From: an uncultured Gammaproteobacteria bacterium
GTDB taxonomy: Bacteria > Patescibacteriota > Microgenomatia > UBA8517
NCBI GenBank assembly: GCA_964526015.1
Contig: CAZGHY010000011.1
Location: forward strand, 1 to 17,563
Length of the DNA stretch: 17,563 nt
Direction: 5' to 3'
The notes under the pieces are model-generated. The model was not told the DNA's origin and did no database searches. It was given only the letters and a program-made list of their open reading frames with translations. Made by a program: the position numbers and the translations under genes. How positions within the stretch are numbered: position 1 is the stretch's first letter; each line of letters starts with the position of its first letter. Of the stretch, positions 7,932-15,252 are shown one piece after another.

Positions 7932-8081
7932 GATAGTAACATTTCACGGGAGGCGTCCTACCGTTAGACCAAATTCCAAAATATATTAAATATTTTAAAC
8001 TCGAATTCCGAGATTATTTTTTATACTCCTTACGGATAGAAATTAAAAGATTCGAACTAATAACTCCTCCCTCGAAATGTT
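7932..8081 (-). other. structured non-coding element. It is either the 5' leader of the leftward transcript or a candidate ncRNA.
   Basis: Long-range inverted repeat atttc-ac-gggagg (7932-7946) versus cctccc-tc-gaaat (8066-8081). Internal hairpin CTCG-aattc-CGAG (8000-8012). Locally higher GC. No ORF longer than 10 aa on either strand. The minus-strand RNA carries SD-like AGGGAGGAG and AAGGAG segments facing a CCUCCC segment. Confidence 0.4.
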
Positions 8082-8110
8082 ACCATCTTTTTTCAATCAA
8101 CCTTATATTA

Positions 8111-8167
8111 AATATAAACTATTTAGTTTATTTTGTAAATATCTTAATACTTTAATATGTTAATAAC
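8111..8167 (-). promoter_or_regulatory. sigma70-type promoter, leftward. -35 TTTACA (8139..8134), 17-nt spacer AAATAAACTAAATAGTT, -10 TATATT (8116..8111). Upstream GTTATTAACAT box at 8157-8167.
   Basis: Direct reading. It has the same architecture as the modules at 1434, 13788 and 17022. The palindrome AAACTATTTAGTTT is at 8116-8129. Confidence 0.6.
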
Positions 8168-8224
8168 TTTTTTCCTAAATCCATTAATCTATATATAACT
8201 AGTTTTGAACTGTCCCCAAAATAC

Positions 8225-9112
8225 TTATTTTTTCTTTTTAAGCTTCATTCCAAAGTTATTGTCTTCCTTAATCTCAATATTTTTTAATTTAATTAGTTTA
8301 TTCTTAGCAAAAGGTTTGTAATTTACATGATGTTGCCATCGTCCCCATTTTCTAGTTATTTTAACAATGTCTGGGTGTTGTTGTTGTAATGATTTTGCCA
8401 TTTCTAAACGACCATCAAATTCTTTATCTTGTTTATAAAGTTCATCTGTATTACCACCTTTCATTGTCATTGTTGCTTGTTTATCACAAAGAAAAGCATT
8501 AAACAAAATAGTACAATAACCATCTTTTAAAATACGAATAGATAAATCAGTATCTTCATTATAGCGACCACGCCATCTTTGATGATAGTCATTCATAAGT
8601 AAAATACATGAATAAATACGGGTATTAGGAGTATAAGGAGGTCTTCCTTTAGCACCTTTTTCCTGTGGAGGTACATTAAAAAATGTATATTGAAGTCCAG
8701 ACATAACTACATTTTTATATCTGTCTACAAAATCTTCGGCAGCACAAAAAATGGACCCGTCTTTTACTTGAATTCTTTTTCCATCATAAAATCTACGGAA
8801 TGCACCAATATTGTCATCCATTATCCAGTGGCGTTTAGCACCTATTGAAATAGAATGTTCCCACACCCAGTTACGAGCAGGAATAGAACCTTGTCCAAGA
8901 TTACTAAAAGGAAGAACTAATATTTTTTTAGGGTCAATAACTTTAGCATATTCATCATATTCTTGCGGTTCAACAACTATGTGGTAAGGCACATTCATTT
9001 TTTCCAGTGCTTTACTTGTTTTTCTACTCTCCCATCTTCCTTTTGAAATTATATAGATTGGATATTTTGGATTCATTTTTTTTATTTTTCCCAACAACCA
9101 ATAAGTGACCAA
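8225..9112 (-). CDS. putative GT-A-fold glycosyltransferase-like / nucleotide-sugar transferase-like protein. The probable start is M13 (MNPKYPIYIISKGR) at about 9076, giving about 283 aa.
   Basis: An N-terminal beta-strand-like motif PIYIISKGR and a DxD-like motif HWIMDDNI about 90 aa in are typical of GT-A enzymes. It sits in a block with a methyltransferase and a ParB-like protein. The family assignment is not certain. Confidence 0.4.
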   Translation of the reverse strand: MVTYWLLGKIKKMNPKYPIYIISKGRWESRKTSKALEKMNVPYHIVVEPQEYDEYAKVIDPKKILVLPFSNLGQGSIPARNWVWEHSISIGAKRHWIMDDNIGAFRRFYDGKRIQVKDGSIFCAAEDFVDRYKNVVMSGLQYTFFNVPPQEKGAKGRPPYTPNTRIYSCILLMNDYHQRWRGRYNEDTDLSIRILKDGYCTILFNAFLCDKQATMTMKGGNTDELYKQDKEFDGRLEMAKSLQQQHPDIVKITRKWGRWQHHVNYKPFAKNKLIKLKNIEIKEDNNFGMKLKKKK

Positions 9113-9726
9113 CCACTTCTAAAATGAGGTCTAACAATTCTTTTATATCCTAAACTTTCTATTTTATCCATCAAATTATTTGCATAAGTTTTCCAATCTT
9201 TACCAACTATAGGGTGAAATTCTAAAATAATAGCTCTTAAATTTGGTTGTATTATATTATATGAATATTCAGCACCCTCTACATCTATTTTTACAACCGT
9301 AGCATCTTTAATAGCATCTTCATATTTTATAGTATTAACCTCTATTTTATGGTCTTTTCCTTTAGTCTTTGCAATACTATTTGTTACACCTATACCTTTT
9401 GAAATATATAAGTCTATATGTTTAGTATTATCACCAACAACAGCAAGATTATGTATTTCCATATTTGATTTTTTATTTCTTTTTAATAATTCAAAAGTAT
9501 CTGGAGTTGGCTCATAACTAACAACCTTTTTAACTCCTTGTAATGATGCCCACATAGAATATTCTCCAACATAAGCACCTAAATCAGCAACAACATCGTC
9601 AGGTCTTAATTTTATTTTTAAACAAGTGTCCATCGGATTTTCAAAAGGTTTATTGCTTTTATCTGTTTTAAAAGCATAGTGTCCTCCTGTTATTTTACTT
9701 TTTACAAAAAATGGTATATTACTCAT
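9082..9726 (-). CDS. FkbM-family class I SAM-dependent methyltransferase (214 aa)
   Basis: SAM-binding motif VVADLGAYVGEYS and FkbM-type motif VVKIDVEGAEY. Confidence 0.65.
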   Translation of the reverse strand: MSNIPFFVKSKITGGHYAFKTDKSNKPFENPMDTCLKIKLRPDDVVADLGAYVGEYSMWASLQGVKKVVSYEPTPDTFELLKRNKKSNMEIHNLAVVGDNTKHIDLYISKGIGVTNSIAKTKGKDHKIEVNTIKYEDAIKDATVVKIDVEGAEYSYNIIQPNLRAIILEFHPIVGKDWKTYANNLMDKIESLGYKRIVRPHFRSGWSLIGCWEK

Positions 9727-9729
9727 ATA

Positions 9730-10392
9730 TTAAAATTCTAATTCTGATAATTTTTCTTTAGCTCTTTCTGGGTACCAAATATATTTTGTTTTATCTGTTA
9801 TTTCTTGACCAATTAATTCTGAAAAATTCTTAACATCTTCTTCTTTTTCAAAGTGAACAATAAGAACTTTAACTCCTCTTTCTTTGTTATTATAGTCAGG
9901 CATATTTTCCCACTCTTTCAAAGGGTCATTATCTACTTCTTCTTCATCAAATGAAGGTAATTCTAGGTCAGTAAATCCAGCATATTTCAAATCTTCAATA
10001 TCAAATTCATTTGCCAGAATATCATTATCCCAAAATCCACCCACTTTATTTGCTATGATATTTGCTCTATCACTCTTTGTTGAGTCCCAAAAAACTTCTC
10101 TATATGAAAATTTCTCACCATTAAATAAAACATGTCCAGTAGCAACTGTTCCTTGTTCTGTTGGTTTTTCAAATCTTTCATTAATAACTATTTCACAATC
10201 CTTTTCATTTTGTTTGAAGAATGCAGTTCTTTGGTTACCACCAACAACTTCATTTGTTTTTGTATTAACTACAATCCCAGACAAATCACCAAATTCTTTA
10301 ATTGTTTCTCCCAATAGAGTAAACATCTTTGCTGTAATTTTTCTTGGATTTTTCTTATAACCATTAATATCTGAAATTTTTTTACTTTCCAT
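9730..10392 (-). CDS. ParB-like nuclease domain (ParB/Srx fold) protein, 220 aa
   Basis: ParB box I-like KKNPRK and box II-like VVGGNQRTAF (GxxR) at the N-terminus. The C-terminal half is acidic. Confidence 0.55.
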   Translation of the reverse strand: MESKKISDINGYKKNPRKITAKMFTLLGETIKEFGDLSGIVVNTKTNEVVGGNQRTAFFKQNEKDCEIVINERFEKPTEQGTVATGHVLFNGEKFSYREVFWDSTKSDRANIIANKVGGFWDNDILANEFDIEDLKYAGFTDLELPSFDEEEVDNDPLKEWENMPDYNNKERGVKVLIVHFEKEEDVKNFSELIGQEITDKTKYIWYPERAKEKLSELEF

Positions 10393-10636
10393 AGTTGTTT
10401 TGGATATCTTCTTTTAATGTTTTTGTAGGTATAAAAATTAATTTATATTTAATACCAACTTCTTCAACCTTTTTACTCCCTGGTATATATCGGGAATGTG
10501 ACTTCATTTCTTTTATACGAAATACACCAAACCCTGTAATTTTAACCATGCCGTATTTAATTAGGTCTTTTTTAATTACATCAAATAAAGTTCTATCTTT
10601 AATTTTAATAATTGAGGAATGTTTAATGTTGGCCAT
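10382..10636 (-). CDS. HU/IHF-family DNA-binding protein (84 aa)
   Basis: HU arm signature GFGVFRIKEMKSHSRYIPGSKKVEEVGIKYKLIFIPTKTLKE. Compare the HU pattern GFGxFxVxxRxxRxGRNPxTGxxIxI...FxxGKxLK. Confidence 0.6.
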   Translation of the reverse strand: MANIKHSSIIKIKDRTLFDVIKKDLIKYGMVKITGFGVFRIKEMKSHSRYIPGSKKVEEVGIKYKLIFIPTKTLKEDIQNNYGK

Positions 10637-10638
10637 AT

Positions 10639-11502
10639 TTAATAGAATTTTAAGAGTGTACCAAGTTTGTTTTTTAAATCCTTATAAATAGGACCATCAA
10701 TAACAACAACCTTTACTTGCGGATAATATTTTTTCATTCTTTTTAATTTTGTTTTGCTTTTAGGGTCCATCCATCCTTTTACTTCGTGGTATTCAAAAGT
10801 CCCATCAAGATTAAATATTTTGAAATCGGGCAAATAACTTCGTACTCCTCTTTTTATATTGTGAAACCAAAAAGTATCTACCTCAAATTCCCATTTTTTG
10901 ATTTTACCATTTTTCTTCAAATATACAAGATATAGTGCATAATTGGCTTCCCACAGACTTCTAAAATACATATTTTTATTTCCTATTTTATAGTATCCAC
11001 GTTTAGCATGAGAAAATGTATTTTTAGTAGGAAATCCTAACTTACCATATCTTTCCATTTTAGTATCCAAGATTTTCTTAGTTCTTTCTTTTGAAAATTT
11101 TCTATTTTTACTAGATATTCCTATTTTTTCTTTAGACTCTAATGTATGTTTGTGTCCTTTAAAATTATCAGTATGTAATCTACCCTCCTTGTAAGCAAGT
11201 ATATTTGATTTACTTATTTTATTTTTTGTTTCATCAGAATGATGTTTATTTTTTAAAGGATGATTTTCTTTTAAATAATTAGAATGTTCAGGTCTTTTTT
11301 TACCTCTAAAACTAGAACCTCTTTTAAAATTAGACTCGGAAGTAAATTTTACTTCACTTTTTAATTTATAATATGTTGCATAATGTCTTACTTGACCATC
11401 AGTCATATTTAGATTTTCTATACACCAAAGTTTACCTTTTTTGGGATATAAAACTTTAAATACTGTAAGAGTATTATCATCAATTGTTTTTTTAGTTATC
11501 AA
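10639..11502 (-). CDS. putative free-standing homing endonuclease. It has NUMOD3-type DNA-binding repeats plus a C-terminal TnsA-like PD-(D/E)xK nuclease domain (287 aa).
   Basis: Three H-S/T-x-E-x-K-x-K-I repeats (EHSNYLKENHPLKN, KHHSDETKNKISKSN, GHKHTLESKEKIGISSKN). The C-terminal motif is YLPDFKIF...GTFEYHEVKGW (PD...ExK), with a WEFEVD...Y core resembling TnsA-N/endonuclease folds. Confidence 0.5.
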   Translation of the reverse strand: MITKKTIDDNTLTVFKVLYPKKGKLWCIENLNMTDGQVRHYATYYKLKSEVKFTSESNFKRGSSFRGKKRPEHSNYLKENHPLKNKHHSDETKNKISKSNILAYKEGRLHTDNFKGHKHTLESKEKIGISSKNRKFSKERTKKILDTKMERYGKLGFPTKNTFSHAKRGYYKIGNKNMYFRSLWEANYALYLVYLKKNGKIKKWEFEVDTFWFHNIKRGVRSYLPDFKIFNLDGTFEYHEVKGWMDPKSKTKLKRMKKYYPQVKVVVIDGPIYKDLKNKLGTLLKFY

Positions 11503-11516
11503 TATTTTTGCCCGTT

Positions 11517-11924
11517 TTAAAGTTTATTAATAAATTCAGTTACTTGTTCTGTTATTAGATGTTCACCATATTCATTTAGGAAATTCATATCATTTTCGTT
11601 TGGTTTATATTCCTTATCAAACAAATATTTAATAGTAATAAAAAATAGTTTTTGTTCTTCTTGTTGTGAATGTCCCATCCTTGAGTGACAGTCTTTACAT
11701 AAACAAGAACTATTAAATGCACTATCAGAAACTCTTCCTAAAATATGGTGAATTTCTAGCCCTCCTTTTCTCTGCCCATTTTCCCCACATAACCAACACG
11801 CCCAACAATCTAAATACAATAGTCTTACTTCTAGTTGGAACGGATAGTTTAATTTCATGGTCTGCTTTTTTTTGATTACATTTATAACAACAAGTAACAA
11901 GATTTTCTTCTGTCCAATCTCCAC
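11517..11924 (-). CDS. second HNH-like protein. The probable start is the internal Met (MKLNYPF...) at about 11858, giving about 113 aa.
   Basis: Motifs CWACWLCGENG ... GLEIHHILGR ... NSSCLCKDCHSRMGH. The N-terminal 22 aa of the longest reading overlap the HNH core of 11725..12090 in another frame. Confidence 0.45.
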   Translation of the reverse strand: MEIGQKKILLLVVINVIKKKQTMKLNYPFQLEVRLLYLDCWACWLCGENGQRKGGLEIHHILGRVSDSAFNSSCLCKDCHSRMGHSQQEEQKLFFITIKYLFDKEYKPNENDMNFLNEYGEHLITEQVTEFINKL

Positions 11925-12090
11925 CTTTCGAACGAGGTATTATATGGTCTATAGTTATTAAAGCATGTTTTCTTTTAATGGTTTTATTTACTTTCCAATC
12001 ACAATACTTTTGTGACATATCTAAACCACAATACAAACAAGTATAATTATCTCTCTTCCAGATTTTTCTTTTTAAGGATTGTATATGCAT
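11725..12090 (-). CDS. HNH endonuclease (His-Me finger). The domain covers roughly the first 76 aa; the tail of the ORF looks non-coding.
   Basis: Motifs CLYCG ... IDHIIPRSKGG ... NLVTCCYKCNQKK. The C-terminal 40 aa of this frame (LSVPTRSKTIVFRLLGVLVMWGKWAEKRRARNSPYFRKSF) overlap the better-looking frame of 11517..11924. Confidence 0.55.
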   Translation of the reverse strand: MHIQSLKRKIWKRDNYTCLYCGLDMSQKYCDWKVNKTIKRKHALITIDHIIPRSKGGDWTEENLVTCCYKCNQKKADHEIKLSVPTRSKTIVFRLLGVLVMWGKWAEKRRARNSPYFRKSF

Positions 12091-12145
12091 TTTGTTTCAA
12101 TCTTTCTTTCGTAAGCATCAATTTTATTTATTTTCATGGTTTTTA

Positions 12146-12610
12146 TTAGATTATTTGCCACCTCTCTCCACAATCTCTACATATTTCAACTTTATATGTA
12201 TTTGCATGTTTACAGTCTTTCATTTGAATTCCTGTTTTTGCTTCCTTTATTTCTTTTCTAAGGTCTTGTCTTGTTAATACTGTTGTAAGATTAAGCCATT
12301 TTTCAGCACTTTTTCTAGAACTAATCATAGGTAAAACATCTGCTAATAAACTGTAACCGCCAGCGTCTATAACCTCCTGACTTGTAAAACCATAACTTAA
12401 AATAAATTTCTTATAAATTTGAATAAGTTTATTGGAAGTATTTGAAGATAATTTTAAATCAAATAAAAACTCCTCAAATGATGACCAATTAGGTTCATAT
12501 AATTGATTTTCCTTAATATAATACAAATACTCTCCTAAAGTTAGGAAGTTTATTTCAATATCTTTCTTTAAGGCTATAGCCTTTCCACAATAATCAATTA
12601 TTTGAGTCAT
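12146..12610 (-). CDS. hypothetical protein (154 aa) with a C-terminal Cys cluster (CKHANTYKVEICRDCG)
   Basis: ORF track. Confidence 0.55.
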   Translation of the reverse strand: MTQIIDYCGKAIALKKDIEINFLTLGEYLYYIKENQLYEPNWSSFEEFLFDLKLSSNTSNKLIQIYKKFILSYGFTSQEVIDAGGYSLLADVLPMISSRKSAEKWLNLTTVLTRQDLRKEIKEAKTGIQMKDCKHANTYKVEICRDCGERWQII

Positions 12611-12612
12611 AA

Positions 12613-13005
12613 TTAATCTTTTTTTACTTGTTCAGCTTCCTTATTTTCAACTTCTACTTCTTTTTCAGTTTCTTCCATTATTTTTTTAACAACATTAATT
12701 GCTTTTCTTTGTCCTATTGAATATATAAGTTGATTTTCTATAGAACTAAGAGCAATAATTTCTTTTGAAGTCATAAACCAAAGAATGAATTGTATAATAG
12801 TATTTAATATAATTATTACTTTAGTAAATAAATCAAATTTACCTATTGAGGCAAAAATTACTATAGGAATAAGAGCAAGTAAAATATGATTAACTATAAT
12901 TTCTCTTAGAGTTACACCTAATACCTTACTTGGAAAATTTTTAACATCTTCTTCTATTTGTTTATCAATAAAGTTTTCCATATCTTTTTCTAAATTTTTT
13001 TTCAT
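12613..13005 (-). CDS. hypothetical integral membrane protein (130 aa, two TM segments) with charged termini
   Basis: Hydrophobic stretches ILLALIPIVIFASIG and VIIILNTIIQFILWFM. The C-terminus is Glu/Lys-rich. Confidence 0.55.
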   Translation of the reverse strand: MKKNLEKDMENFIDKQIEEDVKNFPSKVLGVTLREIIVNHILLALIPIVIFASIGKFDLFTKVIIILNTIIQFILWFMTSKEIIALSSIENQLIYSIGQRKAINVVKKIMEETEKEVEVENKEAEQVKKD

Positions 13006-13030
13006 ATCTTTTAAATTAAATTATTAATAA

Positions 13031-13555
13031 TTACCAACTCGATTGATAATAATATTCGCCACTATCTTTATCCTTTAAAATTTGTTTTAAGATTTTTTTA
13101 GTATCTTTTAAATCACTTAAATAATATTCATTATAATCTGTATTTCCAAAAAAGAAGCCTTCTTCTGTTGGTAATAATCTTTTAGCAACTGTTGGGTCTT
13201 CAATGATTTTTCCCTTAACCATTTCTGGTATTTTTTCACCAGTAGGACTAAAGGTATAACCATTACAAACCTCTCCTTTTATTAGTTTTGAGTTTTTTAA
13301 TACCTCATCAACTACATCCTGTAATTCAATAAGATTTTCTCTACTAACATAATATTCTTTACAGTTATCATTTCCATCTTGAACATTGTCTACAAACCAT
13401 TTATGAATATGATTTGCTTTTCTCCAATATCCAACATCCTCTTCAATACAATTAATTTTTTCTGTTTTAATTCCTTTTGTTCCTTTACCAACAATTTTAA
13501 TATCTTGTGGTTTGTAAAATCTAGTTTTTTTTGTTAAATACATATCTAGTCCCAT
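13031..13555 (-). CDS. hypothetical protein (174 aa)
   Basis: ORF track. Non-repetitive sequence with a conserved-looking GYWRKANHIHKWF segment. No family recognised. Confidence 0.55.
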   Translation of the reverse strand: MGLDMYLTKKTRFYKPQDIKIVGKGTKGIKTEKINCIEEDVGYWRKANHIHKWFVDNVQDGNDNCKEYYVSRENLIELQDVVDEVLKNSKLIKGEVCNGYTFSPTGEKIPEMVKGKIIEDPTVAKRLLPTEEGFFFGNTDYNEYYLSDLKDTKKILKQILKDKDSGEYYYQSSW

Positions 13556-13565
13556 AATATAATTC

Positions 13566-13751
13566 TTAGTTAAGTGTTAAGTAACACTCTTTAATTTCTA
13601 ATTCATCTTTATTCGACATTTGATTAATAAATTCTTCTGCATATTTTTTAAGAGTAAAAGCAGGTAACATTCTTGATAATTCTTTCATTAAAATGATTTC
13701 ATTATTTTTGTCTTTGTTTACAATTAAATATATATAAATTTCGTTTTTCAT
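13566..13751 (-). CDS. hypothetical small protein (61 aa)
   Basis: ORF track. It is the first gene downstream of the promoter at 13788-13833, with a leader of about 30 nt. Confidence 0.45.
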   Translation of the reverse strand: MKNEIYIYLIVNKDKNNEIILMKELSRMLPAFTLKKYAEEFINQMSNKDELEIKECYLTLN

Positions 13752-13787
13752 TATTTCTTAATTCATTAAATTAGTTATAATATATTA

Positions 13788-13833
13788 AATATAAACTATT
13801 TAGTTTATTTTGTAAACAAAAAGTGTTAATAAC
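13788..13833 (-). promoter_or_regulatory. sigma70-type promoter, leftward. -35 TTTACA (13816..13811), 17-nt spacer AAATAAACTAAATAGTT, -10 TATATT (13793..13788). Upstream GTTATTAACAC box at 13823-13833, abutting the stop codon of gene 13833..14123.
   Basis: Direct reading. The palindrome AAACTATTTAGTTT is at 13793-13806. Confidence 0.6.
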
Positions 13834-14123
13834 TATTTCTTTGTATTCTTAGGATTTAATGCCCACCACCATGTAGAACTGAAATTTCGTGCATCATTGC
13901 AATAACCATAAAACCAATATAAGTCAAAATTAGACTTTAAACCTGACTGTGCCATTTTGATTGCATAAAAAGATGCTGGCAAAGGTTTTCTTCCATCTCT
14001 AACCCTATCTGCATTTAATTTATCAACAAATTTTTTCACAATTTCTGCACGTTCACTTTTTTGATAAACTTGCCGATTGTCTTTATTTTTATATTCTTCC
14101 AATAAATGATTGATTTGTAACAT
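13833..14123 (-). CDS. hypothetical Trp-rich protein (96 aa)
   Basis: ORF track. Its stop codon overlaps the GTGTTAATAAC box. Confidence 0.5.
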   Translation of the reverse strand: MLQINHLLEEYKNKDNRQVYQKSERAEIVKKFVDKLNADRVRDGRKPLPASFYAIKMAQSGLKSNFDLYWFYGYCNDARNFSSTWWWALNPKNTKK

Positions 14124-14581
14124 ATATTTTTAATAATTAGCCATAGACCTCACTTTTACCCTTTAATTACTAAGTCGGGCATTCTCTTTAAACTTATATA
14201 TTTTATATCTTGTAATTACTAATTTAATACCACTATTATCTTAATTAATTACGAATTATATTAGATACTAATTAAATGACAGGGACAGAGTGAGCAACTG
14301 TTTTTCCCTGTTTTCGCATTAATACCCAATATAAAACTTATTTGTTTAGAAGAGTGGTTTATACAGCGTACCCTTAAAGCTGTTTCGATATAAAAATTTG
14401 TATAAACGCAAAAATACCCCAATCAATTAAGATTGGAGCACTCTTGTTTGCTGACGAAAGCAATAATTAAATATTACCACATTTTGGTAAAAAAAGTAAT
14501 ATGCAATTATTGCCTTTGCTTTCGTCATGTAATTATTATACACAACTTCTCAGATAAAGAAAATTAAAAGTGTTAATAACT
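14124..14581. promoter_or_regulatory. 458-bp non-coding region with multiple stem-loops and short repeats. It is a candidate regulatory region, replication origin or ncRNA locus.
   Basis: Hairpins: CAGGGA...TCCCTG (14282-14312), ACAGC-N11-GCTGT (about 14362-14383), CCAATC-aattaa-GATTGG (about 14419-14436). Long imperfect inverted repeat gctgacgaaagcaataatt / aattattgcctttgctttcgtcatg (about 14450-14530) with nested TTACC/GGTAA. Repeats AATACCCA/ATACCCC occur at 14322 and 14412, and GGACAGAG at 14286. No ORF of 60 aa or more. The region ends with the GTGTTAATAAC box at 14570-14580. Confidence 0.45.
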
Positions 14582-14902
14582 TTATTTTAAAGGCTTTTCT
14601 GTTATCCAATAACCTAACGGCAAGAAAATCTGTGTATCTTGAAAAGTTCTTTCCACACCCAATTCACAAAAAGTTGAAAATTCTACTGTGTAAATTACAT
14701 TTTCATCGTGTTCTTTAATTCTTATAGTTTTACAACCTAATATTTTAAGGTCATCAACTATAGCCTTATCAATACCCCAAGCATCCATTGCTTTAAATAG
14801 ATGTTTTGATTTGTTTACATGTTTTCTATAAATACCATTTCTTAAATAACCGCACATTAAGCCTTTTATATTATAATATTCCTTTGTTTCGTCTTTTTTC
14901 AT
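14582..14902 (-). CDS. hypothetical protein (106 aa)
   Basis: ORF track. Its stop lies directly after the GTGTTAATAAC box. Confidence 0.5.
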   Translation of the reverse strand: MKKDETKEYYNIKGLMCGYLRNGIYRKHVNKSKHLFKAMDAWGIDKAIVDDLKILGCKTIRIKEHDENVIYTVEFSTFCELGVERTFQDTQIFLPLGYWITEKPLK

Positions 14903-15053
14903 AATGTTGTTTTTTTGACCTCTCTCTAATTCTATTCATTTTACAATCAAAGCAGGTCGCCAATAAATTTATTCTAAGTGCTTTTCGTTCAATTTCTTTA
15001 TTACAAACTGAACAGTTAACTAATATTGTTTTTTTTGTTTCTTCTAATTTCAT
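14871..15053 (-). CDS. small Zn-ribbon protein (60 aa, CSVCN...CFDCK), basic
   Basis: ORF track. CxxC-N15-CxxC. Confidence 0.45.
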   Translation of the reverse strand: MKLEETKKTILVNCSVCNKEIERKALRINLLATCFDCKMNRIRERSKKQHYEKRRNKGIL

Positions 15054-15124
15054 ATTTTTTTATATAGCATATCTAGATATTAAATAATCTTTTTAGGATA
15101 AGACCAGATATATAATTAAATATT

Positions 15125-15225
15125 CCACTCTGTCCTCTGCCTTTATTTAATACCCAGAAATAATATATAAATATTAGGCTCCTTTGCCCCCGTTCTACAC
15201 CCTCTATAGAACTGCGGGGACAGAG
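15125..15225. repeat. inverted repeat CTCTGTCC (15130-15137) and GGACAGAG (15216-15223), flanking about 80 bp that contain TTAATACCCA (15147-15156). A third GGACAGAG plus TTAATACCCA pair lies at 14286-14331.
   Basis: Direct reading. Sits in the 200-bp intergenic gap between the Zn-ribbon gene and the SSB gene. Confidence 0.5.
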
Positions 15226-15252
15226 AAGCCCAATAGGACTATCTCTTTTTAC

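Noticed and set aside
7903-8110. Possible tRNA genes in the GC-richer non-coding blocks (15-280, 7903-8110)
   Set aside because: TTCGA-containing strings exist (GGAATTCGAC, GATTCGAAC), but no 5-bp T-stem, 7-bp acceptor stem or cloverleaf could be built around them on either strand.
13788-13833. Bacteroidetes-type promoter (-33 TTTG / -7 TAnnTTTG) in the conserved intergenic module
   Set aside because: The module contains TTTG on the plus strand, but no TAnnTTTG at the right spacing and in the right direction for the leftward genes. The minus strand instead gives textbook TTTACA-N17-TATATT.
15160-15172. T4-like late promoter motif TATAAATA (also at 1121-1128 and 3913-3920)
   Set aside because: An 8-mer of only A and T is expected by chance several times in 17.5 kb of 70% AT DNA. 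The occurrences are not consistently placed upstream of gene starts.
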